Positions 1-9,100 of a stretch of 64,000 bases of DNA are shown piece by piece. Source of the DNA: an uncultured Clostridia bacterium (GTDB taxonomy: Bacteria > Bacillota > Clostridia > TANB77 > CAG-508); NCBI GenBank assembly GCA_963558185.1, contig CAUWFE010000004.1, positions 2,395 through 66,394 on the forward strand, in the 5' to 3' direction. The notes under the pieces were generated by a model. That model searched no databases and was not told the origin of the DNA. It saw only the letters and a program-made list of their open reading frames with translations. Each line of letters begins with the position of its first letter. The first letter of the stretch is position 1. The position numbers and the translations under genes were made by a program.

Positions 1-1
1 C

Positions 2-1027
2 AAAAAAGCCGTATCAAACCAGTTAGAAGTTGTATCTCAAGCAATAGAAAACTTAGCAGACGAATTGCAACAAAATAATAAGGAAAATGAAGAAGCATTT
101 TCAATACAAAAAAAAGAAATAAAACAAATATTAGCACAAAAAAATATTTTAATAGAAAATATAGATATTGAAAAACAAAAAAATGGAAGAATGCAAATAA
201 AGTTATACACAAAAACTTGTGAAAATGTGGAAAACTCATGTCCAGATATAAAAAAAGTTGCTAAAATTTTATCTAAAATATGTGGAGAAGAATTAACATT
301 GCAAAAGCAAGAATGTGGAATACGTAATCATAATGAGAAATGTATTTTTACATTTTTATCTCAAGATAAGCACAGCTTGCAAATAGGAATTGCAAAAGCA
401 ACAAAAGAAAACTCATTAATATCAGGAGACACAAACTTACAAGTAAAACTTGATGATGGAAAATACTTAATAGCATTAAGTGATGGAATGGGCTCAGGAG
501 AAAAAGCAAGAAAAACAAGTAAAATGGCAATAAGCATGTTAGAAAAATTATTATCATCAGGCTTTGATAAAGATACTTCATTAAAATTAATAAATAGTGC
601 AATTCATAGTATATATAACAATGGAAATGAAGAAATGTATGCAACATTAGATATAGAAATATTAGACTTGTATGCAGAAAAATTAGAATTTATGAAAAAT
701 GGAGCATGTCCTACATTTATAAAACATAATAAAGATGTACAAGTACTAAAAACAATTTCATTACCAACAGGGATATTAAGTGATATAGATTTAATTGTAT
801 ATGATAGAGATATACAAAAAGGAGATATAATAGTAATATGCAGTGATGGAATATTAGAATCAACAACAGAATATACAAACAAAGAACTATGGCTTAAATT
901 TTTATTAGAAGATATAGAAACAGAAGATGTACAGAAAATAGCTGATTTAATTTTACAAGAAGCTATAGATAATAGTTATGGCGTAAAAAAAGACGATATG
1001 ACAGTAATAGTAGCAAAAATTAAATAA
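2..1027 (+). CDS. spoIIE: Stage II sporulation protein E, C-terminal PP2C phosphatase part. The 5' end lies outside the window.
   Basis: The reading frame is open from the window edge (codons from nt 2, no stop). The translation carries the SpoIIE/PP2C blocks GDTNLQVKLDDGKYLIALSDGMGSGEKA, ICSDGILE and DDMTVIVAKI. Confidence 0.8.
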   Translation, partial: KKAVSNQLEVVSQAIENLADELQQNNKENEEAFSIQKKEIKQILAQKNILIENIDIEKQKNGRMQIKLYTKTCENVENSCPDIKKVAKILSKICGEELTLQKQECGIRNHNEKCIFTFLSQDKHSLQIGIAKATKENSLISGDTNLQVKLDDGKYLIALSDGMGSGEKARKTSKMAISMLEKLLSSGFDKDTSLKLINSAIHSIYNNGNEEMYATLDIEILDLYAEKLEFMKNGACPTFIKHNKDVQVLKTISLPTGILSDIDLIVYDRDIQKGDIIVICSDGILESTTEYTNKELWLKFLLEDIETEDVQKIADLILQEAIDNSYGVKKDDMTVIVAKIK

Positions 1028-1117
1028 CAAGTATTGAAAATTTACATAAAATGCAGTACAATATAGGTATTAACTTTAAAAATCCCGTGAATTAATTAAT
1101 TTTAAAGGAGGAATATC

Positions 1118-1471
1118 ATGAAAAAATATTATCAAGCTGAATTGCGGTTTTTTGACGAAAACGACAAAGTATATTGCTATACAGAAGGAATTGTAAGAAA
1201 TGAAAATGGAATAATAGAAGGTTCTTTTGATGAAATATGTTATTACATTTTGTTACAAACCTCAGAAACAAGAATGGAAGGATTCCTAGTAGATTTTGAT
1301 AATTATGCAATAATATCAATAAATGATAAAGTTGACTTTTTTGAAATACCAGGAAAATATCTTATAGAAAAAGAAAATGTAAAGTTTTCATTTTCTATAA
1401 ATTACCAAATTAAAGATAGGAATATATTAGAAAAATTTGAAGATATTGTTAAAGAAATTAAAATGGAATGA
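1118..1471 (+). CDS. Hypothetical protein (117 aa)
   Basis: ORF with GGAGG a few nt upstream of the ATG, followed immediately by an intrinsic terminator. No family recognised. Confidence 0.55.
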   Translation: MKKYYQAELRFFDENDKVYCYTEGIVRNENGIIEGSFDEICYYILLQTSETRMEGFLVDFDNYAIISINDKVDFFEIPGKYLIEKENVKFSFSINYQIKDRNILEKFEDIVKEIKME

Positions 1472-1500
1472 GAGCTTTACTAAAGCTCTCATTCTATTTT
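1470..1500 (+). terminator. Rho-independent terminator
   Basis: gagagcttt / aaagctctc forms a 9-bp stem with a 3-nt loop, followed by the T-rich attctatttt. It overlaps the stop codon of the 1118 ORF. Confidence 0.7.
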
Positions 1501-1539
1501 AATATAATAGGAAAGTTCTCCAAACTTTCCTATTATATT
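1501..1539. repeat. Perfect 17-bp inverted repeat (AT-rich hairpin), function unknown
   Basis: aatataataggaaagtt (1501-1517) pairs perfectly with aactttcctattatatt (1523-1539) around a 5-nt loop. No flanking T-run on either strand. Confidence 0.6.
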
Positions 1540-1593
1540 AAAAGCTTTCGCTAAACATTCCACACAAATTTTATTTTATAAAATTTGGCGGGC

Positions 1594-1658
1594 GAACAAA
1601 GACGAGGCATGAAAAGTCATTAAAAATGTTGAAAATATTAATCATGCCTCTTTTGTTC
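1594..1658. other. Long imperfect hairpin in an otherwise unassigned intergenic region
   Basis: gaacaaagacgaggcatga (1594-1612) pairs with tcatgcctcttttgttc (1642-1658): 7 + 9 bp with a small bulge and a 29-nt loop. It is preceded by a locally GC-rich ggcgggcg. Confidence 0.4.
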
Positions 1659-1791
1659 TAATATTTATTGCAATTTAGTAATATGTAATTCTAAGTAAAA
1701 AGATATATATTATTTTTTTAATACTACAGTATAGCTTTTTAAATAATTCTATGATATAGTATAATAGAAAAATTGAAAGGAATGAACCAAT

Positions 1792-3309
1792 ATGAGTAGA
1801 GGAAAAAGATATAACGGAGAAAAAAAATTAAACATGAAAAAAGTATGGGCAGTAATTATTGCAATATTAGTAATTATAATGTTTTTTGCAATTATTGGTA
1901 GCCTATTAAATGAAGATGACTCAAAAATAAAAGAAAAAACCTTTGCAATTGGATATTATCCAGTATTAGAAAATGGAAAATGGGGAGTAATAGATACAAA
2001 TCAAAAAATAGTAATAGAGCCACAATACAGTGAAATGATTGTTGTGCCAGATAATACAAAACCTGTATTTGTAGTTATTTCAAATGTCGACTATCAAACA
2101 GGAAACTTCGAATCAAAAGTAGTTGATAAAAATAATAATCAATTATATACAAATTATCAAAAAGTAGAAGTAATATATAATCATGATAAAAATAATAATT
2201 TGTGGTACGAAGAAAATGTACTAAAAGTAAAAAATAATGAAAAATACGGGTTAGTAAATATAGATGGAAAAGAATTACTTGCATGTGAATATGATGATAT
2301 ATTACCAATCGAAGGAATAAAAAAATCATATATAACAATAAAAAATGGAAAAAAAGGTTTAGTAGATAATACAGGAATGATTATAGCAGATAATATTTAT
2401 CAAAATATAGAAGCTTTAACAGATAAATATGAAGACGGCTATATAGTAACAAGCGAAAATGGAAAAAAAGGAGTAATAAAATCAAACAAATCTTTAGTGT
2501 TAGAACCAAAATATGAAGAAATAGAGCATGTATATGGAAATAACTGCTATTCTGTAAAAGAAAATGGAAATTTAAAAATAGTAAATGAAAAAAAAGAAAC
2601 ATTTTTAGAAGGAAAATATAATAAAGTCAAAGAAATAAATGGAGAAAACATAATATATGAAAAAGAAGGAAAATATGGCATAATGAACTTACAAGGGGAA
2701 GAAAAAATATCACTAGAATATGATGATATAAGTTTTGCTTTTTCAGAATATTATATTGCAAAAAAAGGTGATAAATATGGAATTATATCATTAACTGAAG
2801 AAACAAAATTAGACTTTATATATTCGTATATATCATACCAAAAAGAAGCAGATTTTATACAAGCACAAATGCAAAATTTAGAAACAAGTTTACTAGATAG
2901 AAATTTTGAAGTAAAAGCTAAAGGTGTTGTTTCAGAAATAAATACAAATAAAAATTATATACGCGTAAGAGATGGCGAAAATTATAAATACTATAACTTT
3001 AAGTTAGAAGAAAAATCAAACACAGAAATACTACAAGGAAATACACTTTTCTTAAGTAAAAAAGATGGAAAATATGGATATGTAGATGAAAAAGGAAAAG
3101 TTATAGTAAATTATATATATGATGATGCTACAGAACAAAATAAATATGGATATGTAAGTGTAAAAAAAGATGGAAAATGGGGTTCATTAAATCAAAAAGG
3201 AGAAACAATATTAGAACCAACATATACATTAGAAAATAACCTAATAATAGATTTTATAGGAAAATGGCATTTATCAGAAGATATGAATGCATATTACTAT
3301 ACAAAGTAA
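1792..3309 (+). CDS. WG-repeat (KWG-type) protein with an N-terminal membrane anchor
   Basis: N-terminal TM segment (VWAVIIAILVIIMFFAIIGSLL). This is followed by more than 10 repeats of the G(K)(W/Y)G(V/L/I)(I/V)(D/N)..G..(V/I)(I/L)...Y(D/E)... type, e.g. GKWGVIDTNQKIVIEPQYSEM, EKYGLVNIDGKELLACEYDDI, GKYGYVDEKGKVIVNYIYDD. Confidence 0.75.
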   Translation: MSRGKRYNGEKKLNMKKVWAVIIAILVIIMFFAIIGSLLNEDDSKIKEKTFAIGYYPVLENGKWGVIDTNQKIVIEPQYSEMIVVPDNTKPVFVVISNVDYQTGNFESKVVDKNNNQLYTNYQKVEVIYNHDKNNNLWYEENVLKVKNNEKYGLVNIDGKELLACEYDDILPIEGIKKSYITIKNGKKGLVDNTGMIIADNIYQNIEALTDKYEDGYIVTSENGKKGVIKSNKSLVLEPKYEEIEHVYGNNCYSVKENGNLKIVNEKKETFLEGKYNKVKEINGENIIYEKEGKYGIMNLQGEEKISLEYDDISFAFSEYYIAKKGDKYGIISLTEETKLDFIYSYISYQKEADFIQAQMQNLETSLLDRNFEVKAKGVVSEINTNKNYIRVRDGENYKYYNFKLEEKSNTEILQGNTLFLSKKDGKYGYVDEKGKVIVNYIYDDATEQNKYGYVSVKKDGKWGSLNQKGETILEPTYTLENNLIIDFIGKWHLSEDMNAYYYTK

Positions 3310-3386
3310 AAAAATAGGAGAAGACCTAAAAAATAATTATAATTTTTTACAACAAGATTTGTGTCTTAGGAAGGAATGAAATAAAA

Positions 3387-4601
3387 ATGGAACGAAGGAC
3401 GAAATATCAATATACTTATTTTATACATCCATTTATCATAGAAGAAGAAAAATACGAAAATTATATTTTGAAATTAATGAAAGATAAAAGATGTGAATTA
3501 AAAATATTTACAAAAGAAAAAGATTTAAACTTATATACATATTTCATGCCAAAAATAAGAGATTACTTATTTTGGTCAATATCATATGGTCAAAAACAAA
3601 TAAAAACATTCAACGAATTAGATATAAAATTAAAGGCAAGAATGTTAGCACAAAAACAATGTATAATGTTTAATTTTAATATGGGTGAATATATACAAGG
3701 CAAAGTAGGAGAAAAGAACGGTATATTCTTTGATATACCTAAAATAGAAATAATATGTTTTAAAACAGGAGTATGTTTTTTACTAATAAAAACAATATTA
3801 AGTGATGAGAGTCAGATGAATGAAATATTAAATTTCAACTATAAATTTCGTGATATAAATTCAGATTACTCAAAATTACAAGAATATGAAAATATTAAAA
3901 TTCAAACAAATCGCTTTCAATATGTTAAAGACTTACAACAAATTGTAAAAGAAATAACAGGTGAGAATGACTTAACTAAAAAAATAAATGTTGAAAGTGA
4001 AAGATTTTTAACATACACATATGTATGTTTAGATCAAGAATTTTGGAATGAAAATAAAAGTTTTGAAGAAGTTGAAAATGATTTTGTAAAACTAAAAAAT
4101 GTATTGCCAGCAAAAACACAAATGAATATAGATATAAATTCAAGTCAATCAATTACATTATCAACTTTGCAATATGTAAAAATAGGAATAACAAAGCAGG
4201 CAATAGCTTTATTAACATCAAGTATAAATACAGCAAATTATACTAAAATACCACATATATTTGAAAACGAATATTTATATACATATATATTTGCATTATA
4301 TCAAAAAATATTTTTAGAAAAAATAAAATATGAATTTAAAGAAAAAAGTTTTTCAAAGGTGGAAAAAAGCTTTGTTGAATTTACAGAAAGTGTATGGAAT
4401 GAAGATATTACATCAAATGTAGATGGCTCAATGCTATATAAAGAAATGCATAAAAATTATGATATTGAAAAAGATTATCAATCAGCAAAAAGTAGATATG
4501 AAATTGCCAATAAAAAGAATAACAGTAAAAGAATAAGAGATATATCATATATATTATTAGTACTATTTTTAATTATAATAGCAAAAATATTATTTTTTTA
4601 A
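3387..4601 (+). CDS. Hypothetical protein (404 aa) with a C-terminal transmembrane tail
   Basis: Intact ORF. The only hydrophobic segment is at the extreme C-terminus (ISYILLVLFLIIIAKILFF). No family recognised. Confidence 0.55.
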   Translation: MERRTKYQYTYFIHPFIIEEEKYENYILKLMKDKRCELKIFTKEKDLNLYTYFMPKIRDYLFWSISYGQKQIKTFNELDIKLKARMLAQKQCIMFNFNMGEYIQGKVGEKNGIFFDIPKIEIICFKTGVCFLLIKTILSDESQMNEILNFNYKFRDINSDYSKLQEYENIKIQTNRFQYVKDLQQIVKEITGENDLTKKINVESERFLTYTYVCLDQEFWNENKSFEEVENDFVKLKNVLPAKTQMNIDINSSQSITLSTLQYVKIGITKQAIALLTSSINTANYTKIPHIFENEYLYTYIFALYQKIFLEKIKYEFKEKSFSKVEKSFVEFTESVWNEDITSNVDGSMLYKEMHKNYDIEKDYQSAKSRYEIANKKNNSKRIRDISYILLVLFLIIIAKILFF

Positions 4602-4614
4602 GAAAGGGATATCT

Positions 4615-4990
4615 ATGAAAATTAAGTGTGGAACAGATATTATAGAAGTACCAAGAATACAAGAATCAATAGAAAATATTGGTGATGCATTTTTAAATAG
4701 AGTTTTTACAGATAAAGAAATTAAGTATTGTAAATCAAAGAAAAACATGCAATATCAGCACTTTGCAGCAAGGTTTGCTGCAAAAGAAGCCGTTTTTAAA
4801 GCAATATCAGATTATTTTGAGAATAAATATGATATATCTTGGAAAAATATAGAAATATTAAATGATAAAAAACGGAAAACCTTATGTACAATTTGTAGGA
4901 ATAACTTTAAATGATATACAAGATATAGATATTAGCTTGTCACATTTAAAAGAGTATGCTATAGCAACATGTAGTATACTTACAAAATAG
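4615..4990 (+). pseudogene. acpS: Holo-[acyl-carrier-protein] synthase interrupted by a +1 frameshift (or an assembly indel)
   Basis: The N-terminal part (GTDIIEVPRI, FAARFAAKEAVFKA) is typical AcpS. After the A6 run at 4867-4872 the frame gives RKTLCTICRNNFK*. The +1 frame instead gives NGKPYVQFVGITLNDIQDIDISLSHLKEYAIATCSILTK*, the expected AcpS C-terminus. Confidence 0.8.
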
Positions 4991-4999
4991 GAGGCAAAA

Positions 5000-5786
5000 T
5001 TGGAATTTTTTGATACACATAGTCATTATAATGATGAAAAATTTGATGTAAATAGAGAAGAAATAATAAATCAAACTTATAATGAAAATATAACGAAATT
5101 TACTTGTTGTGGATATAATGAAGAATCATCAATAAAAGCAGTAGAATTGGCAAAAAAATATCCATATATATATGCTATATGTGGAATTTCACCACAAGAA
5201 GCACCGCGGAGAAAAATGTGAAATAAGTGAAAGAATAAATAAAATAGAGCAACTTTTAAAACAAGATAAACAGCACAATATAGTAGCAGTAGGAGAAATA
5301 GGGTTAGATTATTATTGGGTAAAAGATAATAAAGAAATACAAAAAGAATTATTTATAAAGCAAATAGAATTAGCAAATACATATAAATTACCTATTGTTA
5401 TACATACAAGAGAAGCAGTTATGGATACTATACAAATAATAAAAGAAAATAAGCCACAAAAACAAGGTATAATTCATTGCTGTGCATTTAATAGAGAACT
5501 AGTAAAAGAAGCATTAAAACTAGGATTTTATATCTCATTTGCAGGTCCAGTAACTTTTAAAAATGCAAAAAATGCAGAAGAAATTGTAAACATGGTACCA
5601 TTAGATAAATTATTAATAGAAACAGACAGCCCATATTTAGCACCAGAACCTAAAAGAGGAACTCGCAATAATTCTATAAATGTAAAATATATAGCAGAAA
5701 AAATAGCAATTTTTAGAAAAATGCAATTACAGGACATAGCCAAAATAACATATGGAAATGCAAAAAATATATTTCAAATTAAATAA
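5000..5786 (+). pseudogene. tatD: TatD-family metal-dependent hydrolase split by a single-base frameshift (or an assembly indel)
   Basis: TTG start after AGGAGG. The N-terminal ORF has FDTHSHYND. The second ORF continues with VAVGEIGLDYYW, PIVIHTREA, IIHCCAF and ETDSPYLAP. The two frames join around ccgcggagaaaaatg (5205-5217), where removing one base restores a single ORF. Confidence 0.8.
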
Positions 5787-5918
5787 TAAAAGTATAAATA
5801 TAATATATAATAAACAAAAGTAAAAAGGAAAAGAAAAAATGAAAAAAATAAACGGGCAAAGCCTTGGGAGAGTATATATATCGACAAATGTAGTAAAATA
5901 AAAATAAATAAAAAAGAG

Positions 5919-5971
5919 GATAGTAAAACAAAATCTGTAATAGATACAGGTTAGTTTTGCTATCTTTTTTT
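5919..5971 (+). terminator. Rho-independent terminator, probably ending the acpS-tatD transcript
   Basis: gatagtaaaac (5919-5929) pairs with gttttgctatc (5954-5964) using one G-U pair. It is followed by T7 (5965-5971). Confidence 0.75.
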
Positions 5972-6010
5972 CATGGATTAGCTTTTAATAAAATAATTAT
6001 TGAAATAAAA

Positions 6011-6067
6011 ATGTAATAAATATGTAACAAAAATGTAATTGAATTAAATTAAAGGTTAATATATAAT
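6011..6067 (+). promoter_or_regulatory. Promoter cassette copy A: three ATGTAAY heptads at 11-bp phasing plus TTGAAT-17-TATAAT
   Basis: ATGTAAT 6011-6017, ATGTAAC 6022-6028, ATGTAAT 6033-6039. The -35 TTGAAT is at 6039-6044, followed by a 17-nt spacer and the -10 TATAAT at 6062-6067. Identical at 61 of 66 positions to 35022-35087. Confidence 0.6.
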
Positions 6068-6102
6068 ATAAATAAGGAAAAAAGAATGCAAGGAGGAAGA
6101 AA

Positions 6103-9100
6103 ATGGAGGAAATACCAATATTAAAAAAAGATATAAAGAATAATATAATAGAAGAAAAATCTATAAACAAAAATAAAAAACATAGGGAAAAGGAAAAAGG
6201 GATAACACTAATAGCATTAGTAGTAACAATAGTAATATTAGTAATATTATCAGCAACAGCAATAACCATGATAATAGGGGAAAATGGACTATTTGACCAA
6301 GCAAAATGGGGAAGCTTTAGTAGTAGATTTGCAGACGTAGAAGAAATAAGGAACATATATGAAGCAAGTAAAGAAATGGAAGAAATACAAAGTCAAACAA
6401 AGCTAAAAATAGAAGAAAAGAAAGGGCTAACAGGAGAAGTAAGCAAAGAAGAAAAAGAAGAAATAGAAAAAAATAATAAAACCCTAAAAATAAAAATGGA
6501 AGAACTAAGTGGAAAACCACTAGAAGAACTAAAAATATATTGGATAGACAACAAAAAAATAGGAACACAAGTAAAAGAAAAATATGTAATAGACGTAGAA
6601 ACAAACCAAATATATCAATATAAAGGGGAAAAAATCTACGGAAAGATATGGCATACATTAGATGACGGAATAGGAGAAAATGACGGAACAATAGAAGACG
6701 AAGATAAAGAAAACTTTGAAGGGTGGATAAAACTAACATTAAACTATCCAGAAAACTCAACAGACTGGAAATGGAGACTAGTGGCAGTAGGAGAAGTAAG
6801 AAATGATCCAGAATTAATATGGAAAGAGTACACAGGACCAATATGGGTAAGAATCCAAGATGTAGAAAACGTATGGATGAGATATAAAATGAACGGAGAA
6901 GACGTAATAGTAGCACCAGAAGGAAGAGTAGTAGTAGATATAGAAGCAGATAGCTATTATCCAGACCTAAGAGAAAAAGTAAAAGTAAAAATAAACTATG
7001 ATAAAGGAGCAGAAATAAAAGAATATAAAGTAGGAAATGGAGAGTGGAAAGAATACCAAGGAGAATTCTATGTAACAGAAAATACACTAATAGAAGCAAG
7101 AGCAAAGAAAACAGAAAGAATATTAAATGAATTTGGAGAAGTAGAATCAGAAACAGAAAGCTGGGGAAGAGACAATTTATATATAGGAAATATAGGAATA
7201 GAAGAAACAGAATTACCAGCACCAAGAATAATAAAAAAAGAAGGAGGAACAGGAGAAGTAGCCAAAGTAGCAATAGAATATCCACAGGAAGCTCAAGGAG
7301 GAAAACAAATATATAAATTAGACTATGGAGAAGAACAAGAATATAATGGAGAAGTAGGAATAGAAAAAAATGGAACATATGTAATAGCATATTACTATAA
7401 CCAAGAAGGAAAAAGAAGTAAATCAACAAGTATAAAAATAATAGAAAATGGAGAAAGCCAAGGAGGAGAATATATACCAAATAAACCAGGGATAAACGGA
7501 GAAAATGGAGAAAGTAACCCAACAAAGCCAAGCTATAAAATACCAGGCCCCGTAATAAGTGAAAATGGAGGAAATGTAAGTATAAGCTTGCCAGCACAAA
7601 CAACAAATAAAGAAGCAAAAGAGAACAAAATATATTATAAAATATTAGGACAAGGAGGTTACAAAAGGTATACGGCATCATTTAAAGTAGAAATGACATG
7701 TACAATAGCCTCATACTATATAACAGAGAAAGGTGAAATATCAGAAACAACATATAAAGATGTATATATAGCAGAACCAGGAATGCCAAAAGTAACAATC
7801 CAATTAAAACCAAGTGAATATGAAGTAAAATATAATGCAGGAAAAGTAGAAGTAACAATAAAAGCTCAAGACAGTGAAAAAATAGAATATAGCTTTAACA
7901 AAGTAGAATGGAAAGAATACACAAAACCAATAGAAGTAACAAAAAACTGTAGAATATATGCAAGAGGAACAAATAGTAATGGAGAAACGATAGAATATAA
8001 AGACATAACAAACCTAGGAGCACAGCCAGAAATACCAGACACATTATCAGTAAACATAAGCACAAAAGATATTCAAGGGCAAACAGGAAAAGTAGAAAAA
8101 GTAAAAGTAAGTATAGGATATGATGGAAGAGCACAAAGGAAATACTATAAAATAGGACAAACAGGAGAAATAAAAGAATATACAGGAGCCTTTGAAGTAG
8201 ATAAAAACTGTACAATATATGCATATGCAATATCAGAAAAAGGATATGGAGAAGCCCAAAAAGGAATAGATAGTATAGAAAAAGGAATAGATAGTATAGA
8301 AAAAGGAATAATGGACCCAATAATAACAGTAAAACCAAATGAAAACTATCAAGCATCAAAAGTAAAAGTAGAAATACAATATGATAAAAATGTGACACAA
8401 AAGAAATATAGAATAAATAAAGGACAATATAAAGACTATACAGAAAGCTTTGAGGTAGAAGAGAATTGTGAAATAGAAGCATATAGTACAAATGCAAAAG
8501 GAAAAATAGGAAAAAGCACATATAGAATAACAAATATAATAAAAGAAGATGTAATAACAGTAATAGACCAAGGAGATTACTATATAATAAGACTAAGCTA
8601 TCCACCAACAGCAATAAATAAAGAATATAAATGGCAAGAAAAAGGAACATGGAAACCATATCATAATACAGGAATACTATTAGCTAAAGAAAAAATAAAA
8701 CAGCAAGTAGAAGGAGCAGATGTAGTAAAAGTAAAAGATGAAGGAGGAAAAGAAATAACATTTGATAAAGAAGACATCTACTTTATTACAAAACCGGTAA
8801 ATGAATTAATAGAACAAATATATATGAGATGGGATAATAGAACACCAACAATGCCAGAAATAATATTAAGTACAGAAGAACCATGCTTAGAACTAGATGC
8901 AACAATAAAGTATAGTAACACAATAATAGAAAAGAAATATAGAATAGTATATCCAAATGGAGTAATAACAAGTTGGAAAGACTATAAAGATGGAGAAAAA
9001 ATCCATGTAACACAAAAAGGAACAACAATATATGCAAAAGGGCAAGATGAAACAGGAATGTGGACAAAAACAGCATCAAGACAGATTAATAATATAGATG

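Noticed and set aside
6317-7681. A 454-aa ORF on the minus strand inside the giant gene, with similar long antisense ORFs at 7895-8659, 9368-9949, 9934-10242 and 10519-10830.
   Set aside because: The translations are almost pure Leu/Phe/Tyr/Ile low-complexity sequence. They arise because the purine-rich, A-ending codon usage of the + strand gene rarely produces TTA/CTA/TCA in the relevant frame. They have no RBS and no recognisable domains, so they are shadow ORFs.
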